Shown: one piece after another, positions 26,011 through 40,140 of the stretch
How the letters are laid out: each line of letters starts with the position of its first letter
How positions within the stretch are numbered: position 1 is the stretch's first letter
Assembly (NCBI RefSeq): GCF_009834535.1
Contig: NC_045696.1
Span: forward strand, 32,800,001-32,864,000
Direction: 5' to 3'
Source of the DNA: Camelus ferus
Taxonomy: Eukaryota
Length of the DNA stretch: 64,000 nt
Program-made: the position numbers and the translations under genes
Notes under the pieces: generated by a model
Databases searched by the model: none
Seen by the model: the letters and a program-made list of their open reading frames with translations, nothing else
Told to the model about the DNA's origin: nothing

Positions 26011-27184
26011 TTGGAACTGTGAAGAGTAAATGAGTTTATAAGTGGAGAGAACATAGACTAGTTCCTAGCACATGTTTATTAAGCACTCAAAATATTTTTA
26101 GTAGTTATTTTCTTCAGTTTTTATTTGCAGTGTTTTGGCTATAATTTTTTTTGAAAAAAAATTTTAACTTAATAACCTATATTTTGTTTCTGTTTTGAAG
26201 TTTTAGTGCTATTGTAGGTAATAACAAAATAACTGCCTCTGAAAAGCCAGGTGGTCAAGTGATGTTATTTATTCATTTGGAGGAGGTGTGCAATGTCGGG
26301 AGTGGTAACAGGTCAAGCAGAACAAAGTTATGTTAGAGAATTTTCTTTTGGAAGATCTTTAGAGGAGAGCAATGTGATCGTGGGAGGCTGGATTGTAGGA
26401 AGATTACTTAGACCGAGATTTTAATATCCAAGACTGCTTTGGGCACAGGTGATGGAAACCCAAGTTGCTGTTGGTACCCAAAATAGGAATATATTGGTAA
26501 TTCAATTCAGAGGATTGGGATAAAGTTAGGTCTCAGAATCAATTGCAATCTTGGACTTAAAATCCACTTGCTCTCTTTTTTTTTATACTGTTGCTTTTTT
26601 CTGCTTATTGCCTTTATGTTCTCAGAATAGTGACTGGCTTGTTGAATATGAAAAAAAAAAGGTTCCCAGCAACCTACGTTGTTTACATCATTTGCCTCCC
26701 AGGATCAGAGAGGGAGTCTTACTTCCCATTTTTGCACTGTAAAGAAGGTTTAATGAAAGAGGTAGGATTCTGCTGTGTTTGGTCACCTAAATACTGCACC
26801 GTGGACTGCTAGATTATGGTTGGGTTTGGGGATGTTTGCTTACCTGGTACAGACGTGAGTACTGGGAGCAGAAGCTTTGTCCAGAGTACGGCAGCCACTG
26901 TGAAGGCAGAGGTGCTAATTAAGTTCCGAAGAGAAACTATACTCTTCTCTTAAGAAGAGAGAAATTAACCTAGAGATTTAAAACAGTGAGTAAGGAAAAA
27001 GTTGAGGAAAAAAAAAGTCAAGCCTTGCTATCAGAGCATAGCACAGAGGAGGAGAAAGTACTAACTAAACCAAGTCTACAGTAATTAAGTTTATCAGAAA
27101 TTTAAAAATCTCTTGTTAGAAACTTACTACTGTTGATAAATTGCTCTCACTGTCCTATGGTCACTGACTTCTCCGTCTCTGCTG

Positions 27185-27337
27185 TGCCTCAGTACCACCT
27201 GAGGGAGTTTAACAAAAATGTGCAAGGCCTACCCCCTGGGATTCCGATTCAGTTGGTTTGGAGCCCGGTTCCAGCAGTTTTATTTTAAAGATCCCCCTGG
27301 TGAATCTGATGTGTGGCCAAGATTGAAAATCATCAGG
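27185..27337. mobile_element. hAT-Charlie MER5-like DNA transposon
   Basis: cacctgagggagtttaacaaaaatg...gattccgattcagttggtttggag...tattttaaagatccccctggtgaatctgatgtg...ttgaaaatca. Confidence 0.7.
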
Positions 27338-27554
27338 TATTTGACTAAATTACTTCTTATTGCTGCTGTGTAATATTTTATATTTGTATAATATGTAAAA
27401 TACCTGTCATACATTTTTTTTTTTTAAATTGCCCAGTTGCAATAATAGAATAAAGATGGGGTTGTGAAGGTAACTGAGACCATTTGGATGGTTCAGAGGT
27501 GAATAAACAATTATTGTCTTTAAGGGACTTATAACCTACAGCTCAAATGTAATT

Positions 27555-27720
27555 GAAAGGCCCTTGCAGCAAATCCACTTAGGGACATTTATGAAAATTT
27601 CAGATGCCTTGGACTCAACCTGGCCTACTGAATTGGAATCTCTGAGTCTGGGCCTCAGAACAGGGACTTTACCAAGCTCCTCTCTTGAACAGGTGTGCAT
27701 GAAAGTTTAAGAGCCATGGT
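27555..27720. mobile_element. hAT-Charlie MER5A-like DNA transposon
   Basis: aaaatttcagatgccttgga...cctactgaattggaatctctg...accaagctcc...aaagtttaagagcca. Confidence 0.7.
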
Positions 27721-30700
27721 CCCGTGCCTCATGCCTACTCCTCACAGCTATTTTTTCCTGAAGTAAATCTAACAGCTGAGATTCCAGTACCTTAATTAGC
27801 ATTGCTGCTCACCTGGTCACTATACTTCATTGCGTAGCACGGTGCCTGGGAGGAATAAAAAAATCTCCTTTGATTTTTTCTTTTTTGTCTAACTAGCTGC
27901 ATCAACCTCTTTTTAGTTATTGAAATAGTGCAATTTCCCCTCTATTTATTTAAATAACTATTCTGGATTATATGGAAATTGCTGTTTTTATATACTCTTG
28001 TCCCTGTTGTAATATTTACGGTAATTATTCTAACAGGCTGTATATTTTTTTTCTTCTGCACTTAGGTCTTATGAAAAAAGGCTAAATATAAGTAATGATA
28101 AACAGTGAAAACACGTGGTTATTATTCTTTGTGCTTTGTTCTAACCTGGAGACTTTCTTTACACTAGCTATTCTGTGGTATGTGTTATGGAGCTCGGTGA
28201 ATGCACATTGCCACTGGCATACTTAACTCATGGACAAAATTCAGCTTTTTATCTGCTTGACATTAACCAAGATTAAGGGAAGGGAGCTGCAAGTGAAAAG
28301 GCAATCATATTTTGTAAGTGTAAACATGGAAGTAACGGTCACTCATTTCATGATGAGGAGGAAAACATCAGTATCCTATGTCCATACATCGCTCATTCAG
28401 GAAAAATACCAAATTTAGTTACCGTCGCTTAGATTAAGTAAATGTCAGTGTACTCTTTACAGATTTTATGAAATGGTTCATACAGTCGAAAAGAACCAAT
28501 TTATCCTTGAGAATTCCAACTAATTATGGATAGTAAAAGGGGACAATAAAAGGTAGCATCATTTTTTTTCCCATCTCTTATTACTCAGTAAGATGCAGTA
28601 ATTAAAATCAAGATTCTTCTAGAAATTGTGTATTTCATATTTCTCTGTATTTGTTTATAATATACCAGTGCTTTCTATGTTTTAGCCTTTTTCTGTAATT
28701 ACTTGAATTTTATTCCACATGTGTCCTTTTTTGACAGTCATGTTTCTTTAGTTCAATAAATGTTATCAAGCATTCTTTGACTGTTCCTATTGCATCAACC
28801 TTAATTAGCTTTTGATTACTGTTAATTTCACAGCATTTTCCCTTTAATAAGTTGCATCAAAATGCTTTCATTTCTGTTGCAGCAAGTTTAATTAGTTTTT
28901 GAGCCTTGTTTCTGTTTTCCCTTCCATTTTTAGAAAAAAAAAATGACACCCACTTTCTTTGTTTCTATGAGGATATCCATGACTTACAACTTGATGTTCT
29001 CCGGAAGCCCTCACCTAAGACTTATAATACAAAGTCATGGTAACTTGGAGGAATGTTCCCACGGACTTACATATTTAGAGTTGCTACTGATTATTAAGAG
29101 AAAAAATAGTGTAACTTGATTTTCTAATCTTAAAAGATCTAAACTTATTTAAGACAACTCTAGAATTCTCATTGGCCCGTCAATTTAGTTAAACTGATTA
29201 GCACTTCATGTATTCAATTATGTGATACAAAATATCTGTATTTTGTCGAAACTTTATTGTGCATTTTATCTTGGGGAACCAAACTGTTACCTATAATATC
29301 TCTTAGGATAAAATGACACCCAGACTACTTTGTGTAACTTTATAGTAATGAGTTATGATTTTTAACATACTGGATGTATTTACTATTTTAAATAGCATGT
29401 ACAAAATTATAATAATACATTATGCATTCATATCATTTATATTAACCCTTTGATATTTATTTATGTGACTTGAACTATGAACTGGGTCCTCTCTGGGAAT
29501 TTAAAACTTTTAATTTCTTCCACCTCCCCCCTAAACATTAATAAGTAAGAGCAGAACAACTATGCATACACTGCATATTATTATTGACAACCATTCAGAT
29601 ATCAACTTTTCTGAATTTGTTTGTAGTACTCTATATTATAATCTACATTGTAATAATTGTAATATTAGCATAATAATCAATATAATTTTTGGGGTTCAGT
29701 GTAAGAAAAGTAAATAGCCAATTAGAGGATTGATTAAATTGATTATTATACCATAGTCCCTTGTTAACGTGAAACTCCTCAGAGAAAAAAATAACAATTG
29801 CAAAACTAAAAATTGAGCATTGCAGGTAATTGCATCCATTTGGCACATATTTAAATGCATTTTCCAGTGCTTGGTTAGAATTATTTATGGGAAGGAGGGA
29901 AAGGGGAGTAATGTAACAGAAGAGCATTACAGAGAAGAAAAGGAGCTATGTCTAGTACTATATGAGTTTAGTTCATCTTGCTTAAAAAAATACGAATCCT
30001 GGCATTTGAAGGATCTTAAAGTTCATCTAGACCTACCTTCTTTCTGATATTTTTAATTTCCATATTATTCTTCCAAATGCTCCCTCAAACTTTGGCTATT
30101 CCTATTAGGGAAAACTTCCTATCGTTAAAGGCAGTTCACACTATCTTCAGCCGGTCCTGAAATACTGGTTTTAAGCTTAAACCTGTAAGGTTGTCACTTT
30201 CACACTTGGGTTCTAATTTTACCCGATCAATCCATATGAGTGATAATTGGTGGGGCCAGGGAAATACATCGAATTACTCTAGTACACATTATATAATTAA
30301 CTTTCAGAATAGCATGATGTTTGTTTAGATTCACAGATTCTACTCATAACTATACAGCAGTAAAGATAGTAGATAACAATAAAGATATATGCATATACAA
30401 TTCTTCCTCATTTCATATTTAAGCAGTGTCACTGAATCTGTCACATCTTCCTTTGATTGACCTTAAAATGACTCTGATCTCTCTAATTTCATTGATATGC
30501 TTTTATTCAGAAGCCCTTATGATAGGGTTAGAAAATTTTCAGGGCATGTAGTTTGTAAAATCAACAGTTTTTGTCTTGTAACTAATTTTAATATATGTTT
30601 ATTTTCTATAATAAACCCCTCTGTCACACATACACATTACTGGTATGTTGTGTCTTTTACATTTTTTTTTATATTTAATTGCTTTAATGCCTGTATTTTC

Positions 30701-32624
30701 CAACCCTGCAGCTGCTGCAGAGGTTAAAAAAAGTCTACCAAGAAAACATTCACGATGAGCCATCATGATTAGTGCCTCTGCGTATTGCTCCAGAGAAAAA
30801 CAAATTAGCACTAGAAGGAAAATCTGTTCTGGGAAGTCCCACACCGCTGGTGTAATGGCCCATCCCCACAAGAGGATTGAATAGAATAGATCCGTTGTGA
30901 CTTCCGAAATGATCGTGGCGGGCAGCCTCTGGGAGATGGGGAACAACAGCTGAAGTGATAGAGAAAATAAAATGTTCTGCTTGAATGCAAGCCATATTTG
31001 CCTGTTTTCCCCAACTCTCTTTCAGGAAATGTCGCCCTTTCAGACCAGGACACCTGCTATTTTTTTGTCAAAGCTCTGTGGCAAAAACTAGACTTGGATC
31101 AATGAGGTCTATCTTCCTGGGTCAAATCATTTCCTGTTCATGGTCACTGAAATTCATCTCAAATCTAAATTTCTTTCGGAAAGCTCTCCTATATACTAGG
31201 CACCATCACATGTCTTCTTGGCAAGATAAAAAGGTAGGAAAGCCATGTCTCTCCACGCCTCCTCTGCAGACCCTGCTCAGGAACTGAGGATAAATAGAGG
31301 ATGTCACATATGTTTTCATTCAACCTCTCTTCTGTTTATTGAATTCATCCTTATGTCCCTTTCAGTTGTGATTTTGCCCTTGCTGTTAACTTCTTGCCGG
31401 AGGCAGGATTATGATTCACAAATGGTTATAGATTGATTCCTTAGATATTCATAAATTCATAAATTATTAGAGTATATAATGTAGATAAAAATTATTTAGC
31501 ATTAATCTCTAGCCATTAAATAGCAGATTAAAAATATAAAAAACAATATAGAATTCTGACCACGCATTCATACAACACTAGTTACAGGTGCTTTCTGTAT
31601 GAAACAGAAATGGAGAACTGTAATTACGTACTAGTAGTACTTACGTACATTTGCAGAGGAAATTAGAAAAGGAAACCATATGACTATGATGAAATGTTTA
31701 GTATCATTGGGGCTTTGGAAACTGCCATGGGTTTTACATAAACTAGAAGCATCTTTTTAAAAATACATTTTGGAAAGCCATGGAGTAATAACCAAAATAT
31801 TATATTGTGATCACATTTATAAAACTGAGAAATCTTACGTTTTGTTTAGATAATTTACTTTGTTTTTCTTTTTAGCTGAGATTAATACATGGAATCAAAA
31901 TAAAAGCAGAATCATTGCCTCCTAACTGTAAAGTTATCTTTACATCTTAGGATATGGTCTCTCTCTCTCTCCACCCCCTTCTTTTAGTTCTCAATGTGAA
32001 TTTATAATAGGATATATGGTAGTTCTTTAAATTTTTATTATGAAGTGAAAGGTTAATTAGCCCTTTAAAAATTAATCCCATAGGGTTTTATTATTTAAAT
32101 ACACATTTTTTTAAAATAACACATATTTATATGAGATTTTCAAACCATTCCATTCAAAGGTAATAAACATCCAGTTTGACTTTTTCTTATTAGTTTAATA
32201 GATAAGAGAAAAATATAAAAATAATTCTACCCTCGTAGAATTATGGGGTGGGGAAGTGTTAACTAGCTCTAAGCAGGATTATCATTAATAGACATTTAAG
32301 CTGGCTTTTCTCCCAAGCCCAGCAGTACATCTGAAGATCACCTCAATGCTCCTGGTAAACAGCAGAAGCTGAAACCCCAGGAGGAACTCTAATGCAAATG
32401 TGCTTTATAACTTTCCAAAAATAAGGCTTGAGCACGAGTTTCTATTGGAAGTATTTTCAGAAAATGATTCAGTTGTGTGTGTGTGCGTGCATATGTGTGC
32501 ATTTGTATGTGTGTATATTCAGGGCAGTTCATGAAAACAACAAACCTGATGTCCTTAGTTTAGGAAGTAAAAGCACTCCCACTCTTGCCTCCCTTCCCAC
32601 GCACTTGGACCCACCCAGGAGGCA

Positions 32625-32830
32625 CAGGGTGTTTAAGGACTCTGGTTCTCAGCCAGAGTCTCTTCATCCAGTCCCAGGACTGCCTCTTTATAGCTGCAAT
32701 GTCGGGCAGGGAATGAAGCTCTCTAAGCTTTAGTTTCCTCATCTCTCCAAAGTGGGTATTAATATTAATAATATCTTCCTCATAGAGTTTTTGAAAGGAA
32801 TATACGAAATAATCTGGTTATCAGTGATTC
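32625..32830 (+). mobile_element. MIR SINE
   Basis: gtgtttaaggactctggttctcagccaga...ctctctaagctttagtttcctcatctctccaaagtgggtattaata. Confidence 0.75.
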
Positions 32831-34439
32831 ATGAGCCTCAAAGAAGTTTTTCTTCATGTAACAGAATAATAGTCAGTTACAAAAGATCACTTAATTTATT
32901 ATCCTGAAGAGCAGATTGTGACTTGATAGCATGAGTTTAGAGTACCCTCTCGAGGTTTAGGGGTCCTTTGACAAGTTTCAGTCAAGTAATAGTTACTTTT
33001 TTAACCCCATGGATAAAGAGAGAGACATTTTAAAATAGAATAAAAACATACAAATATAAAAATCATGTTCGTTGCTCTAGCTTAGGGGGATTGATATAGC
33101 CACAATAAAAACTCCTAAAATGAAGAGAAGAAAAAAAAAATAGGAGGACTGAATTGAAAATAAGTAATAATCTGTTCAATTATACTTGGAACAATGTAAG
33201 TGAAAGACTTTCTGAAGTAAATATTCAGTTCATCAGTGATTCAAATTGGCGTTTGTTTTTCATATATTGCTATATATAAAATAAGCACTATTGAAAAACA
33301 AATCTAGAATCTATACCTTTACGCTGGGAGTCTAATCTCCTAATCATTCTCACAGTGTATTAGTAACCTATACACTTATGTGTATATTATACATAAGGAG
33401 AGATGGTAAAGCAATTTTTAAGGAACAGAGCTACTTTTAAATTGTGGTCAGAAATTTGGGTGGGATATTTAACTTTCTTCAGGGATGTCTTGGTGGTGGT
33501 GGCTCTTGACTTGGCTTTGTCTTGCAATCAGGTTTTCCTGGTGGCTTTGGACTCAAACTGAACTCATATGGTTCAAGGTCCTAGCTGGAATCGGGGTGGG
33601 GCTGGCTGGACCTGGCAATACCAGATCCTCCTCTGTGTCACTGGAAAGAGAGATATTCCAAGTGAAGAGGAAATCACAGGCCATCCTTCTTCTAAAAAAG
33701 AATCAGAGGAAGACAGCAAGATCATTTGAATTATGAAACTTTGCTATTACTCCTGTATTTTATATTAGGTGTCAAACTGCAAAACACAGTGGGTCATAAG
33801 AGTAATATCTCTCACTAACAGAGATATTACTAGATCTTCAGTGAAAAAATATGACTTCAGAATTTTTTTTCTAGCCTTGCATTTTACTTTCTATTTCCAA
33901 ATGCTTAATTTAGAGAAATCAACCTTCATTCATTTGCTTAATCATTCAACCAATATACAAAAAGCACCTACCTACTATACTCTAGGATGACTGAGCAACA
34001 GAGCCATAGACAGTTAGGAACAAGTAGATTTTTTTGTTACTTCAATTTCTTATGATCCTATTTGGTACTCTCCAAGCTGGAGATGTGCAAAATACACAAT
34101 GCATGGGTTGGGAGTGAGAGACAGGGTTTTCAGTGAATACTTTGCCAAAAAGATGGAATTTTAAGGGTAAATAAGTGTTTGCAATTAAGCAATAATGAAA
34201 TTACAAATTCAAGACTGTGTGCCTATTTTTTCCCTTTGACCATTTGTCACATTGAGTTGTATAAAAACAAATCCTCCCAGGATATATTTAATATTAGGAT
34301 GAGATCTGCTTGCTTAATATGACTGTTCAGTTTTGTTGCCAGAACCCTGTGCATCAGAATATTATTTGCAAGTCATAGTGTATTCCATTACTAACACCAT
34401 GGTCTTTACAGGACCTCCTGATGTCCCTTAGGGAAACAG

Positions 34440-34441
<2 letters not shown>

Positions 34442-34479
<38 letters not shown>
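34442..34479 (+). repeat. (AC)19 microsatellite
   Basis: Directly visible. Confidence 0.95.
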
Positions 34480-34480
<1 letters not shown>

Positions 34481-35149
34481 AGTAATCATGTTGATATTAA
34501 CACTATGCCAACTTTTTAATAACTTCCACTCTAGCATACTAACTTGAACATGATAGGATTTGTTCAAAATGGTGATTGTTTTTCCTGTGAGACTTTTTCT
34601 CATTACACACTAGCTAATCTCTACCCCAAAGCATAGTCTAGACTGACTAGGGTAGTTAATAAAAACTGAGTATATCGACTAGGAAGATCAATGTTTCTCA
34701 GATCATTCTTCTACAAAAAACCAGAGAAACAACTATGGATTTTAAGTATATACACCAAATGAATTATCAATAATTTTTATCTCAGTATTTAATACATTAA
34801 CTCTCATCCTCAGCCTTACAGATCAGGAGGTTAGGGAGTAACTTTACAAAGATTTTGCTAATTTCCTCTATTACCATATTTAATAAATATATTTTTGGCT
34901 AGATGCATTTCACATCTTTCTGGGTTATGCAGTATTTACATTTTCAGCATATAATATTTCTAGAAGAAAATAATTGAAAAAAATTAAAATGATTTCTCAG
35001 TGAGTTACTTTGAGTTGTCTATTTTACTCATTCAGTAATTTTTTTAAACGATTTTCCCCCAGATTGGAATATAAATTTAGGAATTACACAGAATAACTGG
35101 AGGAAATTATGAATATTTAAAATTTTTATTTAATGGGTAATTAGTATTA

Positions 35150-35310
35150 GGCGCCTATCTATTTATCCTCATGATCAACCTAGAAGTGGAATCTTTTATT
35201 AGTCTATGTTACAGATGGGAAAACTGAGCCTCAGAGAATTTAAATAATGCTGCTAAATTTATACAGTGATAGTTGGCAGAGTCAAGATGTGAATCCAGGC
35301 AGTCTGTACT
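35150..35310 (-). mobile_element. MIR SINE
   Basis: ttatcctcatgatcaacc...ttacagatgggaaaactgagcctcagaga...ggcagagtcaagatgtgaatccaggcagtctg. Confidence 0.8.
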
Positions 35311-36766
35311 TCTCATAGCCCAGTTAGTAAAAGTTAATCATACAATCGAAAAAGATGAAAGCAGACCTGGGGATGTATTCTCTGCTTCCCAGAGACAATT
35401 CCACAGAACAGTAGGAGGACCCTGCATTTAAGGAGGCAGCCAGCCATCTGTGTCTCTGTAACATTACCTAAACGTGAGCCAGTGGTTATTTATGTTCAGG
35501 GGAATGCTATTGGCCAGTTCACTGATTAGAGTCAGTCTCAGTAGCATTATGAAAGATTGCTATGATTGTGTGCTTCCAGAGAACTCTATAGTTGTAGCAG
35601 TAGTCATGCTGCTCTCCATTTGAACAACTACTGTTACCTCAGGAAGTATATACATACCACTGATTACTGAACTTTGTTATCAGTCTCTCTGAAGAATTTT
35701 AACCCCTAAATGAATTCCTTTTAATTAAAATCAACGTTCTTATAAAATATATCTTGAATTTCAAAATAACCTGTTCCTGAAAAATACTTCCAGCTTCAGA
35801 ATTTGGCAACAATCACACCTTGTTTAAGAACGTGATGGAACAGAGCACACTCAGTTAAAAATAAACCCTGTTGACACAGCTTTCTATATTTTTTATAGGG
35901 TAAACTCACCAGAAGCACCAAGTTTTGAGTGTCAGTCATCATGTGTAATCCTCTCCAGTTCAGGTATTTATTTAGCATCATGATTTCCAAATTAGGGAAG
36001 TAATTTGTTGATTTGGTTCGGTTAGTGTTGTTTCTATGGAACATTTAGGGGCTTGACTTTAACAGACATTCCCTGAGGTAAGATGTGTCCGAATTTAGTA
36101 CACACTAGACTCAAGAATACAGTGAATTTATTCAGGTACAAGACTTCTCAGAGATGTTGCTCTCAGATGCTCTTGCACACAGAGTATCACCAAGGAAAGG
36201 ATTAAACAGGCAGATGTTTCAGTTTGGGACACACTGAAGGTATTTTCAATTCAGAATCCCATCAAGAGCGTGAAGGATGACTGAATCTGTAATAAGGAAT
36301 GAAAACTTGATATATTTTACTGTCCATTAACTCGATGCTTCCCAAATGTTTTCATGTCTAGGCACGGATAGAAAATGACAATATTTATATGGCACATTGT
36401 GGGTAAGTAGACAGTGCTGCTGGTGGCCGGCAGCTGTGGGTCGAGGCTCTAGCTCTGGAGGGCTGAGGGGATTATCGCAGTGCTGGTCAGTCACAGCTGA
36501 ACAAGTAGTGGTTCACGAAGAAACTCTTGATGTGTAACTCTCTGTTCTGGTTTATTCGAATGCCACTTTTCCTGTCATGCAAGGCACCAGTCACAGGGTG
36601 CTTCATCCTATGCCTTGTGTGTATCTGTTGTGGCTCTGAATTATTTTGATTTGCATAGAGTTCTTACTTATTGCATCTTCAAATGCTGAAGGTTTTTTTC
36701 CCCCCGGCACACACACACACCCTGGACATTCCCATAGAGCTTCATATGACCTGAAGTGTCATTTTA

Positions 36767-36924
36767 TTTATTTTTAATTTTTTATACTTACTGTTTATTT
36801 TCATTTTTAGATGTGATAATGGCATCATGTCCATTTTTCCCCCTTAATAGAGGCCCTGGGAATAGAACCCAGGAACTGGTCCATGCCAGGCATGCACTCT
36901 ACCACTGAGCTATACCCTCATCCC
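36767..36924 (-). mobile_element. tRNA-Ala-derived camelid SINE (vic-1-like) with 17-bp TSD
   Basis: Reverse complement of ggggatgagggtatagctcagtggtagagtgcatgcc...ctgggttctattcccagg; TSD cctgaagtgtcatttta (36750-36766) and cctgaagcttcatttta (36925-36941). Confidence 0.88.
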
Positions 36925-37961
36925 CCTGAAGCTTCATTTTAAATACAAATTTTATCTTAGGGTCTTGAGAAAGCTTTGTGAAGGCAACAGTTCCTTCCAT
37001 TATGTTCGGCACAAATGTGGCTGCCTGCTGTGAAACACTGGGAATGGAATATGGTCACTTTGGCGGGTCAGAGTCATGGTGGTCTTAACACTGATTGCTG
37101 AGGCCTCCAGGACATTACAACATAAGGAGAGGCATTTGAAATCCTTTGAGAAAGGGGCCTGTCTTCTAATTCAATCCAGTTGAAAGGCTTTCTCTCTTCA
37201 AAAAACTTGGATGTAATGGCACTTACCATGTAACCCTCAAAATCCTTCCTCCCCTGTAAACTTTTGAATCATTTTATGCCCATTGTTTTATAAAATATAC
37301 TAAAATATTTTGATTGTGTTCACAATCAAATTCTGGTTTGGATTGTTTTGTGTAAGAAAATTTATAATTGAATGAGCTGTCTCTTTCTTGTCTTAAATTT
37401 AGAGTCTAGAGGACAATTGTGACATTTTGCAATTGTTTCTTGTGGTTAATTGAAATAAGCATAGGGAGGTGAAGATTCTTCCCAGCTGCGATTCCCTATT
37501 GGCGTGATCTTTCTTAAATTGCTCACAGTTGTTCTATTATTTGTCCTTTCACATAGAATCATTTTACAAACAAGTGTGAAAGTTCAGCCACTTACCACAT
37601 CCCCAGGTTGTAAAATAACTCATATCTACTCTTAGTAAATAGAATGGATTTTATGACCAAATCTTGTATCACTTTGTAACATCCAAAGGTAACAAACTGC
37701 ATCTGTTATTCTAGTTACTTTATCATTTTTCGTGAATGTAACATCCACTGTAAACACAGCTTAATATAAATTTTCTGAAGTCACCATCCTACTATCAAAG
37801 ATTTTGTCATACAGGAAAATGCAAATTTTAAATTAGTTATCAGAAACTAGACATATATTGACAGAATATACAAATTCAGGTTTGACAAAAATAATATTAA
37901 AAATTAAGTGTGTACCTCTCATTATGGAACTCGAAAGCCAGTCATCTGGTTTGTATAAATC

Positions 37962-38511
37962 TGTTACCTGAAAAGGCAAAGGGAAAAGACCCCGGTCCTT
38001 GTCTTGCCTGAAAGATAGGATTACAGATGGGAGACAGATAGTGTTGTGTAGCAGAAGATCTTAAAGGATTTATTAGCAAAGGGAAACTAAACCTCCAAGA
38101 AAAGGGAGACAGGCTGATCCAAGGCGGACTAGCAGTGGTCTTTGTCTGCCCTTTCTCTTACACCCTCGCGTAGAGGTGGTCTTTTGGTTGATTGATGGCT
38201 CTTCCTTGGAATGCTTAGTCATGTTTGTCCCCTTTGCATGTCCTCACCCATGACATGCACAGAAAAACCCATGGAGAGGGACACCTAAAACGCAATAGCA
38301 TATTACAATGAGCATTGAGTCATGTCTGGTTAGGTCCTTCTCACTAATGCACAGCTGGGGCTGTCAGGTTCTAACCGGTTTCTTGCTGGCACTCATTTAG
38401 AAGAAGTAAAGTCCCTTTATGCTGGAGGCGGGCATAACACCATCATCTGGACCATCCTCCCTCTCCTCCACCCATCTGCACAGTGGCCCCGACTAATCTA
38501 ACTGTCTAACA
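37962..38511 (-). mobile_element. ERV1-class solo LTR, 550 bp, with 4-bp TSD
   Basis: TGTT...AACA termini; AATC direct repeat at 37958-37961 and 38512-38515; TTTATT at 38069-38074 (AATAAA on the minus strand); elevated GC/CpG. Confidence 0.85.
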
Positions 38512-39199
38512 AATCCATGTTTATTTACAATGATGTACAGTTAGTTTGAACTATATCTAATGTGAGCTGTTCAGCTGGTTAAAAAAGTAAAATTAAAACA
38601 AAACAAATCGTTCTGAAACAGGGTTTTTAAATTATTCAGTTGCTTCTGTAAAATATGTATTTCCTGTAATCAAACCTGTTTGTTCATTTCCAATGTCATC
38701 CTATTACTGCAGATTATTTTCCACTATCACTTCAAAACTGGTCTCTGTACTTCTGGGTATGTGCATTTATTTATTTCTTTATCAGGATTAGGTTAATCTT
38801 CCTAAAATATTTTTTCAGATTATTTCAACTTGCTCTAAAAGCTCCAAATCCTTCTTATTGCCTGTTTGGTAAGCATTTCATTCTGCTTTTCCAGATTATT
38901 TGTTTTAATCATTCAAGGTCTGTTTCCCACCATTTCTCAAATAAGAATCTCCTTTGCTCTTCTAGGCTTTTATACCATATGCCTTCAGTGGATTATAGTT
39001 ATTTTTGGTGCCCACTACCGGAACACCCTTCCTCCAGTTTACATCTTAACCCTCACTCCTTTTCTAATGCCTGGGCATGGACTCCCTTCTCAAAGTCAAG
39101 ACTGTGAAAAACATTGGTACAGGCTTTCTCTGAGTTGCTACGAAAGTGAAAAGTTTGCATTTTTGGCTTCAGTGCCTACGTTTAAATGTTGATAGCAAT

Positions 39200-39860
39200 T
39201 TGCTCATTTAAAATGTATTTATTGAGTGCTCTTAGGTACCAGGTTGAGTTTTCCAAACCGAGTACATAGTTACAGACAAAACAGTAGTGTTTGCTCCTTT
39301 CAGTATATTTTCAGTCTGGTGACAGAGGCAAACAGTAAATGCTCACCAGACACCCTCCCAAATAAAATGTAATTATATATTGTGAGAAGTGTTATCTTAA
39401 CAAAGAAAGGACTGAGTGCTCTGAAAAAGAATAATAGGAAAAACTAATGTAGACTAAAGGAGAATTTGGTAAGGGCAAGACAATCTTAAGAAATACATTT
39501 ACCTGAGAACAGAAAAGTAATACTTAGCTAACTAAACTTGTAGCAGGGGAGTTACAGAGGGGATGAGAATAGGCAGAAGAAACAGAGATTTTGGAAATAG
39601 AATTTATAAAATCCATAAGATTTTATGAAGATAGGCAATGAAGAAAAGAAAGAAATCAAGAATTTCTAGATTGAACAATTTAGGTGGCTGGGGTGCTATT
39701 TGTGAGATAATAAATCATGAGGGAGAGTATATGTATGTCAGGGGTAGAGAGGAGGCTGAATTAAGTAAATGTGTTATTTTACATGTTTCTTAAGTTTGAG
39801 ATTCCTGTAATGTATCTACATGGAAATTTCATATAAACACATGGGTCTAAGAGTCTGAAG
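39200..39860 (-). mobile_element. L2 LINE fragments
   Basis: tatttattgagtgctcttaggtaccagg...; ttaagtttgagattcctgtaa. Confidence 0.6.
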
Positions 39861-40044
39861 CTTACCTGCATTACTGCAGTAACTGTCAAAATAACTGGTC
39901 TTTTGCTCCAGGTGTAATCTTTGTGATCACCTGTAATGAGTTAGATTTCCATTTTCTCTGTCCAGAGTGCACCAAATGCTTACTGCGTTTGCTTATTAAG
40001 TATGCCTCTAGGTGTTCATTGGTCCTGCTAACTGATTTTCTTGG

Positions 40045-40140
40045 AGATAAAGTACTGTGCCTATAACAGCTCCAAGTACATAATAGACACTCAGTAAATG
40101 TTTGTTACCTGCATAAAGGAATGAATAGATAAACAGATTA
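40045..40140 (+). mobile_element. L2 3' terminus
   Basis: gtgcctataacagctccaagtacataatagacactcagtaaatgtttgtt...gaatgaatagat. Confidence 0.65.

Noticed and set aside
30700..30770. Possible CADM2 small alternative exon (cag|ctgctgcagaggttaaaaaaag)
   Set aside because: Only superficially like the short AAASKNKVK exon, which belongs upstream of the Ig exon; no good donor follows and frames close quickly.
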